A stretch of DNA of 64,000 bases from the human T2T-CHM13v2.0 reference genome, Homo sapiens, in assembly GCF_009914755.1 (NCBI RefSeq), contig NC_060934.1. One strand, 5' to 3'. Positions within the stretch are counted from its first letter, which is position 1. Each line of letters opens with the position of its first letter. Both the position numbers and the translations under genes were made by a program. This document shows positions 29,801 to 43,800 of the stretch, piece after piece. The notes under the pieces are model-generated. The model was not told the origin of the DNA, searched no databases, and was given only the letters and a program-made list of their open reading frames with translations.

Positions 29801-30419
29801 ATTGTCTCTGTCCCCACCACGGGTTATCAGCAGAGGGTAGTCAGGCTGTTCACAGCAAGCCTGCCCTTTGGGCATGGGGGTCCTAGCATACTTCAGGCAG
29901 GGACAACGGCCCTTGGTGGCCTGAGTGGGCTTTGTTTCCCCCACCAACTAACAGTCCTCCTAGAACGTGTCCTACAGGAAACAAAACAAAGAAGGCATGT
30001 GTCCCATGTCCTCCAACAGTCCTCCAAGCATGGTCCTCCAAGCACGCGACCATGCTCCCCCAGGGACGTTTTCCTCGCAGCCTTGCCTTGGGTTCTGGTG
30101 AAGCTTGTGGCCCACAGCCAGCCCATGCTGAAATGAATGCTGAAGTGAAGAATGAAACTGAAGGCAAAAAACAGATCCCCAAGTGAATCTGAAATTCCTA
30201 AAGTGGGCTCAAAGGCAAAGGGGAATTCCCTTCCTGTACCTAGGACATGAGTATATTCCTGCTTTGCCTGGAGTAGGAATAATAAGTCGCTCCTTTTTTG
30301 TCAACAAAGAGGGGCCCCTCTGGGTTGGTCTCGGGAGTTACTTGGGGGCCTCTGGCCTGGAGGCCTGTACTTCTTCTCTCTAGAGAAGTTTGTACTGAAG
30401 ACACTTGTAGACTTAATCT

Positions 30420-30566
30420 TTTTTCTTGTTTTTTTTTTTTTTTTGAAAGTAGAGACAAGGTCTTGCTACATTGCCCAGCTGGTTTCACACTCCTGGCCTC
30501 AAGCAATTCTCCAGCCTCAGCCTCCCAAATGCTGAGATGACAGGTGTGAGCCACCACACCCAGCCA
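30420..30566 (-). mobile_element. FLAM / Alu left monomer
   Basis: Poly-T, gtagagacaaggtcttgcta...ctcctggcctcaagcaat...gagccaccacacccagcc. Confidence 0.88.
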
Positions 30567-30984
30567 GGTTTAATCATGGCCATTCATCTGCTCTAGCCAC
30601 ATCGTCCCTGGCTGTTTTGCTGAAATTGGCCAAGAAGGCCTCTCCCATGCTGAGTCCCTCACTCTTGCGTGTAGACCAGGTATGTTCCATGCTGAGAGGG
30701 AGAAAGACAAAGGCCTTGGTTCTATGAGCTAACAGCACTACCACGTTGAGTGGCTCCAGGGAGTCAGTGTGTAGAAGGAAACCTCTATGGGATGAAATGC
30801 TGTCCAGTAGAAGATCAGAAAAGTGCTTAAGATTGATGTGGAGAAGGCTGAGAAGGGAGTGAAGGAGCTGTCCATAACAGAAGCTTCAGGAAGGGCTCTT
30901 CTCTTGTCCCAGGGCTGGGATGCCTTGAGAAAGGGTTTTTGTGTGCGGATTCCACATGCTAGGTGAAGACAAGGCACTCTACAG

Positions 30985-31510
<526 letters not shown>

Positions 31511-32079
31511 TAGAATGCCTGTGTCCTTGGATGTGCCACTGGTGTTTATGGAACTGAATTAATGCCCAGCTGGCTTAGGAAGGAGCTATCAAAGCTGCAG
31601 GATTAGCTAGTCTGCCGCTTGCTGGACAGAACAGATGGACAGACGGTGAAGTGTGCCTCCATTGTACACAACACTGCCCTGCAATTCAAGGTGTGAGTCT
31701 TTGGAGGAAATTTTGGAAGAAGGTGAAAAAGATGGTAAAAAAAAAAAAAAAAAAATCCTTAGGTAGTAATGTATGCGTTGCCTGGGCAAGAGAAATGGGG
31801 GAAATGGTGTCCTACTCTATGAGGTTAAGAAAAGATAGTCTATAGGGAGACTGGGAAACGCCATTAAGAAAGATCTATTATTATGATAGGTGTATGATGA
31901 CAGGTGTTATTACGGTTAGGTGTATTAATCACACATCTGAAATTTTACTATTACTTTTTGCTATATTATTACTATAGATGGTAACAGCAACATTTATTCT
32001 TTTATTTGATGTTTCATTGTTGGGAAAATTATTTAGATCTCTTTTGGTCCTCCGAAAAGCTCTGTGAGATGACGGGTCT

Positions 32080-32522
32080 TTTTTGACTTTTATTTTAAAT
32101 TCAGGGGTACATGTGCAGGTTTGTTACATGGGTAAACTTGTGTCATGGGAGTTTGTTGTACAGATTATTTCCTCACCCAGGTATTAAGTCTAGTACCCAT
32201 TAGTTATTTTTCCTGATTCTCTCCCTCCTCCTGCCCTCCACCCTCCAGTAAACCCCACTGTGTCTTGTTCTCCTCTATGTGTCCATGTGTTCTCATCATT
32301 TATCTCCCACTTATAAATGAGAACATGCGGTATTTGGTTTTCTGTTCCTGTATTAGTTCGCTAAGGATAATGGCCTCCAGCTCCATCCATGTCCCTGCAA
32401 AGGACATGATCTTGTTCTTTTTTTATGGGTGCATAGTATTCCATGATGTGTATGTACCACATTTTCTTTATCCAGTCTATCACTGATGGGCATTTAGGTT
32501 GATTCCATGTCTTTGCTAGTGA
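32080..32522 (-). mobile_element. L1PA (PA12/13-like) 3' end
   Basis: ggggtacatgtgcaggtttgttacatgggtaaacttgtgtcatggg...gcctccagctccatccatgtccctgcaaaggacatgatc. Confidence 0.95.
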
Positions 32523-34409
32523 ATAGTAGTATTAACAACTGTAGATGAGATAAAAAGCTAAGAGAGTGACTTGCTCAAATTCCTACAGCCAGTAGATAAT
32601 GGGCCCTGGACTCAAACCCTGGGTACCTGGCTCTATGTCTTTGGCTCTATCTTTAGGAGGAGGCAGCGGCTCTATCTTTAGGAGGAGGCAGCAGCTCCAT
32701 GGTTCTACGTCTGGAAGAAGAGGGTCAGGGCCTCTGGATTCTTTAGGGAAAGGTCAGAGGAAAGACTCACAGGCCCTTGACTAGGCACTTGGGCTTTCCA
32801 TGTTGCCCAGAGCTAGAGCTAATGAGGCTGGTGAGAGCTCAGTCCTTGAGAGTGCCCCTAGGAGCCTGCAGAGCTGGGGATGCCTGGGAGGGCAGAAGGG
32901 AACCAGAGGGCATCTCCTTCTTCTCACATTTGCCTCTTTGGTTCCTGCTAAGCAAGTTAAAGCAGGTAACAGAGCTCTGGCTCACATAGGTTCTTCTAAA
33001 GGCTTTGAAGGATAGGCACAAATACCTCCACTAATTATATCTCAGGCTATTCCAAAAATCAGAAAGGCAAATTGAAAAAACCCTGGATTTATTTTAAGGC
33101 TGTTTTGAGGCTCATGCGGGGCTGTTCTGGGATTCGGAGAATGTCCAAAGAGGAGTTGATTCCAGGGATCGAGGCTGAGGGCCCTGAGATGCAGGTGGAT
33201 GTGGGGCCCATGGAGGGGGGTGTTCTACATTTAATCTCACCCCAGCCTTGGGCCATGGGGGACCTTGAAGTAAACCTGGGGAGGCTACAGCTGCAAAGAT
33301 AATCTCACTGTGGTCCAAAGTCCTAGATAACCCCAGGGAACAAGGGGTCTAACCCACAGGCCATCTGGGATGTGTCAGAATGCTCTGAGAAAGTGGGATG
33401 TGGTCTTAAAGCAGAGTGGAGGGGCAGCCTCAAGGCTTAGAGCCAAGGAAGATTTAGAACCCAGGGAAGCTGGAAGCAAAGTACTTCAGGGCAGTGGGAT
33501 ACAGCTGAGAAGAGATGGGACAAGGTCACACCATGTGGGGAGTTATTAAGAGGGGAGGTACCCACAATCCAGAGGCCTCAGCTGGTGGAGGAATGCAGCT
33601 GGCCTTGCTCGGAAGAGGAAGAAACAGACCTTGCATTGTTAGAAAGAGAGCCTTATGGAGAGCTGTGGCCTGAGTTGAGACAGAAAGTGTTAGACAGGCA
33701 GGCAGATAGCATAGCGGAGGCCAGGGGGTGAGCTGGTATGGGGTCGGGGAGGAGAGAGAGTCACCTCTCCACTGCAGAGCTGGTGAATTTGAACTGCAGA
33801 ATGGTCACCTTGTGTTGGTGAGGCCAGGTACTGTGGTGAGGGTAGAGGTGTGGACAGAATCAGGAAGCAGAGATGCACAGGGAAAAGATCCTGGGGACAG
33901 CACTCCTCAAAGATGGGAAGGCTCACAGGGTCTCCACCAAGAGTGGGGAGCTGCACCAACGGCTCAGACCAGAGAGGAAGGAGATGGGGGTAGGAAAACT
34001 CCACAGGCAGTTCAGAATGACCTGACTGAGGAACCCTGTGCTAATCAGCTACGACCTTTTCCACCAGTCCTGACAGCCCAACTCCTCTTCAAGGAATCCT
34101 CATTGCTCTTGGCCATGCAGATCCCCTTTTCCATGTGAACTCACATGAGGACACCAGTATTCTTTCTGTACCTTCTCGGCCATCTTGCTTCCCATAAGAG
34201 ACTCACCTGCTCAAATCCCCCATGTTCCCAATTGTACCATCTGCCTATGTTGCTAAGAGTAGCTATCCAAAAATGCAAAAACAAGGCAAAAGGAGAAATG
34301 TATGTCCCTTCAATGTCACGCTGGATTTGATCTAAAACGCTCATCCAAGGATCCTTCCATTACCTGTGCCTTTGCTTGACTCACAATTTACTACTGATCA
34401 GGACCTGGA

Positions 34410-35078
34410 GTAATAAGTTCTAGTGTTCTACAGCACTACATAGTGGGGTTAACAACATATTGCATATTTTCAAATAGCTAGAAGAGCTGATCTGAATGTT
34501 CCCAGCACAAAAATATGATACATGTTTTGAGGTTCTGGATGTGCTAAAGATCCTGATTTGATTATTACACATTGTATACATGTGATGCAGTTTGGATGTC
34601 TGTCCCCTCCAAATATCATGGCGAAATTTGATCCCTATGTTGGAGGTAGGGCCTGGTGGAGGTGTTTGGGTCGTGGGGGCAGATCCCTTATGAATGGTTC
34701 GGTGCCATTCTCGTAGGAGTGAGTGAGTTCTCAAGCAGTCCCGCAAGAACTGGTTGTTGAGAAGAGCTTTGCACCTCCTTCTTTCTCTTGCTTCCTTTCT
34801 GGGTTGCTGTGTGATGCCTGCTCCCCTTCACCTTCCACCATGAGTGGAAGCTTCCTGAGGCCTCCCCAGAAGCAGATGCTGACTCCATGGTTCTTGTACA
34901 GCCAGAAGAAGCATAAACCAAATAAACCTCTTTTCTTTACAAATTGCCCAGCCTCAGGTAGTCCTTTATAGAAATGCAAAACAGACTACGACAATACATT
35001 TCAAAATATCACATTGTGCCCTGTAAATATGTACAATTATTATGTGTCAATTAAAAAATAATGAAAATAACAAAAAAA
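34410..35078 (+). mobile_element. L1MA-type 3' end interrupted by an MST LTR
   Basis: aataagttctagtgttctacagcact...caaatagctagaagag...tatgtacaattattatgtgtcaattaaaaaataa; flanks gacct(g/a)gagt. Confidence 0.85.
34583..34992 (+). mobile_element. MSTB-like MaLR solo LTR
   Basis: gtttggatgtctgtcccctccaaa...gggggcagatccct...gaagcttcctgaggcctccccagaagcagatgctg...aacagactacgaca. Confidence 0.9.
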
Positions 35079-36371
35079 GACCTAGAGTCAGAAGTTACTT
35101 GGAGATTTGTGCTGGAGAGAGAGATGTACATTACTTCTGTTTGGGAGAAAAAGATAACTTCAAAAGGTATGATTATGGCAGGACATAAGCCAACTTTTCA
35201 CATGTAACCTGGTAGCTGTGTCATTCTATATTCTTTCCTCAATGGCTGCAAATACTTGCACTTTCAGTGCTCCTGATTGAGCTTTTCCATCTGCTGTTCC
35301 CTCATTAATGGGTTAAATAAATCTTTGGCAGATGTTTATTCTGTTTTTCTGCATTCATGTTTTTAACACTTCAGAAACTTGTTGTCTCACAGAAAGATCC
35401 AAACAGGTTCACTTGTCGGAGCTGATTAAATTGTGTTGCCCAAGAACAGCCCCACGTGCTACAGATATCCAGGTACAACATTTCCTGGTTCCAGAATGAG
35501 TCCCAAGCACTAACAGAACACTACCTTTGCTGTCTCTTGGTTTCTCTGGGTTTTTTGTGGGTTGATCTGTTTCAAATTCTGATGCTGTGCTTTTGCTCTT
35601 GCTTCCGGTCCTTGGCCAAGTCCATCAGTCCATATAACTTGCAGTCTCTTTCTGCAGCTGGTTCCAGGGATTGAAAGGTCTGTTTCTCATCTTGGATGGA
35701 AAGCCACCTTGACTGAGAGTTGAGATTCCCCCTGTGTATTAGAAACTGATGGTGTGGGCCATGCTGTGTCCAGGAAGAATAGGTATCTGGCCAGTGGTCT
35801 GGTCTCTACTGCACAGTTGAGGGAGCCCCCTATGTAAACTAGATGTGAATCTAGTTTGTGCACAGCTTGCTGAGTGAATGCCCCTCACTGAGAGCAGGGA
35901 CTGGGAGTCTGGCTTTATGGTTTAACTACTTGATGTCTGTTGAGTTAGGTGGATGACGCGAGAATCTGATTGTTAGTCTTTTTTGTTGTTTGTTTATTTG
36001 GAGTCGCATAGATTAAGAAAGCATTTCATGCCTGCTAGAGAGGAGAATGGCTCTTCGAAATCTCGAAGACTGAGTTTTATTATTTCTGTGCTTACTTAGG
36101 ACCTTCAGCTCAGACTGCGGAATAGCAATTAAAAGATCTCAGTGGGTCTGTGGGTCTGGAAATGAGACCAACCTCTTTCATTGTGTCCATGTGAAATGTA
36201 TTCTGGAGGATATGAATAATTTAGATGATAAATTATCTTACAGAATTTATTCCACTGGGTTTATAGAGAATTTTAAGTGCTTAGCTATACCTAACATTCC
36301 CTGAAATTCTAGAAAATAAATAAACGGAAATTTTAATACTTTGTTTGTCTTCTAAGGAAAAGAACAATGGA

Positions 36372-36540
36372 AATTGGGAAGGGTGAAGGGGTTGGGGGGA
36401 AGGACGATGAAAAATTACTTAATGGCTACAATGTACATTATTCAGGTGATCGACTTCCGAAAAGCCCCTAATTGACCATAGCACATGTAACAAAATCGTA
36501 CTTGCACTCCATAAATTTATATACATAAAAAAAGAAAAGT
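36372..36540 (+). mobile_element. L1 (PB4/MA-like) extreme 3' end
   Basis: G-rich tract then gatgaaaaattacttaatggctacaatgtacattattcaggtgat...catgtaacaaaa; A tail. Confidence 0.8.
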
Positions 36541-36610
36541 TAAATCAAAGCATAAAAAAGAAATGAAAAGGCCGTCTTACATAAACCGCAAGTTCAGAAG
36601 TCTTTAATTA

Positions 36611-36931
<321 letters not shown>

Positions 36932-37499
36932 TCATATAAGCAAGGAGATTTGTTTAACAAATCAAACTGGTCTAAAAAAAAACAGCTACATGTCTTTTCC
37001 CAGATTTTATAAGAGTGGAATACATTATAATACAAACATACATTTTACCTTATTTGAAGACTAGAATTTGTTTTCTCATAAAGAGACTAATTATAATCTA
37101 AACTTTCCAAGCTATATATATTTTTTACTCGTTTACTAATCAGACAAAATAACATTCATTACTTCTATGTAATGTTTAAAATTAAGAAAATGTAAAATTA
37201 TGTCTTCAACTATTTTGTATCCTATAGAGTTCTGATAATTTTTATATCAACAATAATTCTTTGTAGTGTATCAGCTTAAATATAATTTCCCAAAATCTGA
37301 GTTCACTTAAAATTAATATTAAATCATGGTAATTAATGGACAATTTTCAGATACCTCAACAATTTTTAGATAAAAAAAAGTAGACTGCTGAAATATTCAT
37401 CCAACTACATTTTAGAATGACTTTTTTACTAGGATATGATGAGACAAAATAATTATTTAGCCAAGGTTATACATGAAATGTCATTTTAAAAAATACATT

Positions 37500-37587
37500 T
37501 TATTTAATCATATATATGTAACTTTTAAGCAAGGGGCTAGCATTTTTATTTTGTGCTGAGTCCTGCAAACTATGTAGCCAGTCCTAA
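37500..37587. mobile_element. MER45-family hAT-Tip100 terminus; AT-rich body may extend to ~36930
   Basis: catttttattttgtgctgagtcctgcaaactatgtagccagtcct resembles the MER45 end. Confidence 0.55.
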
Positions 37588-38599
37588 ATGTATGTGTATG
37601 TGTAGACATATCTTTGCTTATTATTATACATTATAGAGAAGCTAGTCCTTTGGGTTTTGTTATCACACATGTTCACTTTCTGCTGTTTATAAGAGTGTGA
37701 GAGGGATGTATGAGGCTCCAGGGGATTCTATTATTTGTGCTTACAAGGTTTGCTGACCTGACCTGCTAAAATATCTGGATATGACAGAATTTTCAATTAG
37801 TTACCCCTAAGTTTATTGAGCTTCTTTGGTTTACATAGGTTACATAATCTTATCTGAGCTACATAGGTCAGATAAGAATCTGACCTCTTCTTTTTTTAAC
37901 CAGAATATAATCAGACAAAATAATTATACAACTAAAGTCATACCTGGACTATCATCTTTAAAAATAAATGTCATTTAATCAAGTATGCCAAATTCACCAT
38001 TAAGGAATAAGGATTGTGCTTCTCATGTGGGGATTAATGCACACAAACCTTTTTTCTTTTAATGTATAAGAGTATTTTAATTCTTGTCATTGGGAACTAT
38101 AAAGATTATATATGATTTGGAAATGAGGCTGTACCAAATGATGGCCAAAGAAGAATCATCCATTCCACGCCTTCTCTTTTGCCTGGTCTCTTAGAAGTAT
38201 AATATTATCAGCTATGATAGTCATTGCTTGCCACCTCACATTATTTTTATCCATATATTCACCATAGTCTACTTGCCCTTCCACATAAACTCAAGATCCC
38301 TTTTTCACATACTGCTATGCCACATCTCTGAGGCCTGGCCAGAATACTGATAATCTATGCCATGTTTTCTTTTGACTGACATCCCCCATTTGGTAAACTT
38401 CACAGTCCCCTGATCACCATATCTGGCTTGTTGCTAGAGAAAATATTGTGAATGGATTTTTTCCATCACCTGCCTCATAACAGGGTCCTGACCCACTCGC
38501 CCAAGTAACTCACATCATTCAGGGATCTTTAAAGAACCAAATGGCTAGCTGTTTCAGACCCAGGTCTTCCAAACCTGTAGGTCTTTGAAAATGGCTTCT

Positions 38600-38958
<359 letters not shown>

Positions 38959-39539
38959 TAGGCTCTTCCTGACGCTGTAGCCAGCTAGCCTCCAGCCAGG
39001 AGATCCCACACAATACCTTTCTAGGACACTCGCTGGTACCTGTACTACAGCCTGCAAGGTCGTCACCTGTAAAGAAAGTCACTGCATGGCAGCCAGAAAC
39101 ATTAAGAGATTTGACGGATCTAGAGAGAGGATTTCACCCAAACGTGGAGGCACTGCATGTGAAACTGGCAGAGATCAATTTCTTAGGTTTGATTTCCTAG
39201 CTTGGAATAGAATAACCCATAAGAAGAAAAAGAACAAAAGAAAATTACTGGAATACCAGAGGCTATTCACAATGCAATTCTAGCTTCTGTTTGCCATTGC
39301 TAGACATATGCCAATTTTTGTCTGTAGTAATTGCTCAGCACTCTATAACTATATTTGCTGACCATACTCAATAAATTTAATTGACATCTCTTATGGCACT
39401 TATGTAAATTAATCAAACCAAAAATATAAGGACAGAAGGTTTTGGGGTTTTTTGGTAAGGGTGATCAAAAATCATCCTTATAGATTATTTGTGATTACCA
39501 GCTCTAGCCAAAACTTGGGAATGAGCAAAGAAAGTCCAC

Positions 39540-39881
39540 ATGTGCTTCCACTGTATCCCTCCAAGATTCATATGTTGAAATCCTAATCCCCAGTGCGATG
39601 GTATTTGGAGGTGGGGCCACTGGGAGATGATTAGGTCATGAGGGCAAAGCCCTCATGGATGGGATGACTGCTCATAAGAAGCCCTGGGGACCTCCGTTTT
39701 CTCTTCCACCATGTGAGGAAGATGGCTTTTCATGAAACCAGAAAGTGGGTCCTCACCAGACACTGAATCTGCCAGCATCATGATTTTGGACTTTCCAGCC
39801 TCCTGAACTTTGAGATCTATGGTATCTCAAAGCCATCTAGTCTATGGCATTCTGTTACAGCAGCCCAAATGGACTAAGACA
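39540..39881 (+). mobile_element. MLT1A-like MaLR solo LTR
   Basis: attcatatgttgaaatcctaatcccc...gattaggtcatgagggc...cctcaccagacactgaatctgcc...cagcagcccaaatggactaagaca. Confidence 0.88.
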
Positions 39882-40214
39882 TCACTCAAAGATTAATTTC
39901 CTTTGGGATTTCCCTATGTTTGGTTCACTATTTATTATTGATTTGGCCCTAAATTCTGAAGTGTTAACTTGCAGATTTTTGCTTGATAAAGATGTAAGTT
40001 ATTTTTATACAATAGGAAAAATAAGTCTAAATACCATAATTTGATTACCTTGTAGGAAAAACCACTTTTGAATCTAATCTAAGTAATCTGATTCCAAACT
40101 TCTTCCTTCAGTTCTATACTCAGTTCCTTAAATATTATTTGAACTAGCTTTTACTTTCTTATTGATTCCCTCATTAATGAGTTAAGCAAAGCTTTGACAT
40201 ATGTTTATTGTAAA

Positions 40215-40512
40215 TTTATTTTTTTCTTGAGACAGGGCCTTGCTCTGTCGCCCAGCCTGGAGTGCAGTGGTGCTATCACAGCTCACTGCAACATCAACCC
40301 CCTGGACTCAAGCAATCCTCCTACCTCAGCCTCCTGAGTAGCTGAGACTACAGGCGCATGCCACCACACCTGGCTCATTTTTAAAATCTTTTGGTAGATA
40401 TGGGGTCTTGCTATGTTCCTTAGGCTGGTCTCAAAGTCCTGGGGTCAAGCAATCCTTCTGCATTAGCCTCCCAAAGTGCTGGGATTACAGATGTGAGCTA
40501 CTGCACCTGGCC
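40215..40512 (-). mobile_element. AluJ
   Basis: Antisense Alu; TSD gttta(t/c)tgt. Confidence 0.93.
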
Positions 40513-40784
40513 GTTTACTGTGATATTTGGAAAAAATTTTTTCTCTGTCTCTTATTTCAAGTCCAGAGGTCATCTTCTCCCCACATCATTTTGACAATTT
40601 GGACAGCCTTGCCTCTTCCATGATCAGTGAAGGTTGTAGATTTCCTTTACCTGCCCGGACAGAGAAAACTTGAGTTTATGTGGCTTGTACCAATTTCGAG
40701 ATTCACTCAGCCTCCTCTCATACAACCTTAGAGCTCAGTGGAATCCCCATCTTCCTCAGTTATAAAGAGATTAAATTTATCCTA

Positions 40785-42025
40785 CTTTTAAAATGTTTTT
40801 GTAAAAGGTATTGTTTCCTTAATTTGTTTTTCAGATTGTTTGGTGCTAGTGTATAGATACACTATAATTTTTGTGTTAATTTTGTATGCTATAATTTTAC
40901 TGAATTTATCTATAAATTTGAACAATTTTGGGTAAAATCTTTAGGGTTTTCTACATGTAAGATCATGTTTTCAGGAAGCAGAGAAAATTTCACTTCTTCC
41001 TTTCTTATTTGAATGTCTTTTATTTCTTTTTCTTCTCAAATTGCTTTGGACAGGACTTCTTGTATAATATTGAATAGAAATGGTGAGAGTGGGGATTCTT
41101 ATCTTATTCCTGATCTTAGAGGAGGGACCTTCAACTTTTTGCTAACTGTTGAGTGTAACGTTAGCTATGGACTTGTCACACATGGATGTTGTTGTGTTGG
41201 GGAATCATTTCTTCTATTCCTAATTTGTTGAAGTTTTTATCATGAAAGAATGTTGAATTTTGTCAATGCTTTTTCTGCATCTATTGAGATGATCACATAG
41301 TTTTTGTCTTTCATTCTGTTAATGTGGTGTATCACATTTATTGATTTACATGTGTTGAATCATCCTTGAGTTGGAATAAATACAACTTGATCATAGTGAA
41401 TGATCCTTTTAACGTATTTTTCAATAAAGTTTGCTAGTGTTTTGTTGAGGATTTTTGTGTCTATGTTCATCAGGAATATTGGCCTGTAATTTTCTTATCT
41501 TGTAGTGTCATTGTCTTGCTTTGGCATCAGGGTAATTCCAGCCTCATAAAATGAGTTTGAAAGTATTTCCTCCCCTTCACATTTTTAGAAGAGTTTTAGA
41601 AGAATTGGTATTTGCTCTTCCTTAAGTGTTTGATAGAATTCAGCAGTGAATTCATCTGGTCTTGGAGTTTTCCTTGATGGGAGACTTCTTATTGCTGATT
41701 CAATCTCCTTAACTCATTTTTGGTCTGCTTAGATTTTCGATTTCTTCCTGATTCAGTCTTGGTAGGTTGTACGTGTCTAGGAATTTATTTACTTTTTCTA
41801 GGTTATCCAATTTGTTAGCATATAGTTGTTCATAGTATCGTATTTTGTGCTGTCGGCTGTAATGTCTCCTCTTTTGGTTTTGATTTTATTTATTTGAGTC
41901 ATCTGTTTTTCTTGTTAGTCTAGCTAAGGATTTGTCCATTTTATTTAGATTTTAAAACAATTCTTAGTTTTGTGGTCATTTGTATTTTTTTTTTTTTTAG
42001 CTTCTATTTTATTTATTTCTGCCCA
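40785..42025 (-). mobile_element. L1M ORF2 internal fragment, degraded
   Basis: Antisense L1 ORF2 hallmarks: ttgaatagaaatggtgagagtggg, tttttctgcatctattgagatgatca, gtgttttgttgaggatttttg, cagtcttggtaggttgta. Confidence 0.92.
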
Positions 42026-42115
42026 GTAATAAAGAGGAAACTGAGGCTGGAAGAGTGTAAGTGGTTCAGGCAGTGATGATATAAATATTGTCACTTACGT
42101 CTGGCCATGTATTGA

Positions 42116-42456
<341 letters not shown>

Positions 42457-43544
42457 CTATGCACCTTTTCTGTATGTCCGCATCTTAGATTGTAAGTTCT
42501 CAAGGCTATAGGTATCTTATGTATTATTTTTCCCCACGCATCTTGGATGCCTCCCCAGAGGTGAGTAGCAGTCCTATAAATGCTTGGTGGTGGAGAGGAA
42601 ACAAAGAAAAAATTGTTTCTGGAAGCAGATTTTCTGGAAATTGCCAAAGAAAGCTGTTCGGCGGTCAGAGAGTGACCATTCTTCTGTCTGAAATGGCTTT
42701 AAAGAAATCCCCCTCCCCCGGGGAATGACTCAGTGCATGCCTGCCCCTAAGCTCCCTCCAGATGCTTCCCGAGGCTCCGCAGGGGGAGGTATGATCAGTG
42801 TCACTACCAAAGATTTCTGCTTGCAGCAACAATTTTTGTTACTTTTGGCAGATATATCTAGAGGATGGCCAAGAAAGGATGTGACATAAATTCAACAATT
42901 TAATTCTGAAAACCCCGTGGTTTCAATTTTGCTCATTTCTTGTTAGAGCTTTGTTTTTCCTCTGGTCATACCAACTGGACTTCCAGGGGATTATTTCTTC
43001 TTCCAAATTGAGGACATTTTCAGAGCCAAATTTTAGGTCTTTCCTGATTTAAAGGAAAAAAAAACAACAATGAAGGGATCGTGGGCTTGGCTTTGAATAA
43101 TAGCCAGGGACACTACACAAAAAGACAGCTATTATTACACTTCCTAACAAAGTAATACTATTTTTACAAAACACCTTTTTTATGATGAAGAAAAATGTAA
43201 TATTTTTATGGAACCTCTACTCAGAGGTTCTCATCATAAACATAATTTTAGCTTTTGGAAGTGGAAATGGTGCAGTCTAAGGATTAGATTTTTTTTTTTC
43301 TAAAGCATATTTGGAGCTAAAGCTATGAGTAAGTGCTTGAAGGAAGGCACCTCGACCCAGTGCTCCTTGAGAAGGCCTCATGGTGAGATGAACAGAACGT
43401 TGGATATACAGTCAGGAGCTTGGCTCACTTGAGTTCTGGCCCTGAGTGACCTGGGGGAAGTTATGACATGAGTTTTCTCTTTGGTAGGAGAAGGTAATCA
43501 GGCCAAACTCACCACAGTGCTGTAAGGATACATTCAATAGGATT

Positions 43545-43800
43545 ATAATAATAGCTAATATTTTTTGAGAGCTTAGTATGTGCTAGGCACTGTGTTGAGG
43601 GCTTAAAATATATTCTAGCATTTAATCCTCACAACAATCCTCTAATGTAGGAACTATTACTCTTCATCATCTTACAGATACAGAGACTGAGGCATAGAGA
43701 GGTTAAGTTTCTTGCTCAAGGTCTCATAGTTAGCGAGTGACGGAACCAATGGCCAGATCTGGGCAGTGTGGCTTCAGGACTGTGCTCCAATTCACTATCA
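43545..43800 (-). mobile_element. MIR SINE nested in another MIR (43380-43880)
   Basis: tgtgctaggcactgtg...tttaatcctcacaacaatcct...ttacagat..agagactgaggcatagagaggttaag. Confidence 0.8.

Noticed and set aside
40785-42025. Reverse-transcriptase-related coding sequence
   Set aside because: Degraded L1 ORF2 fragment; no long ORF on the L1 sense strand in the ORF track.
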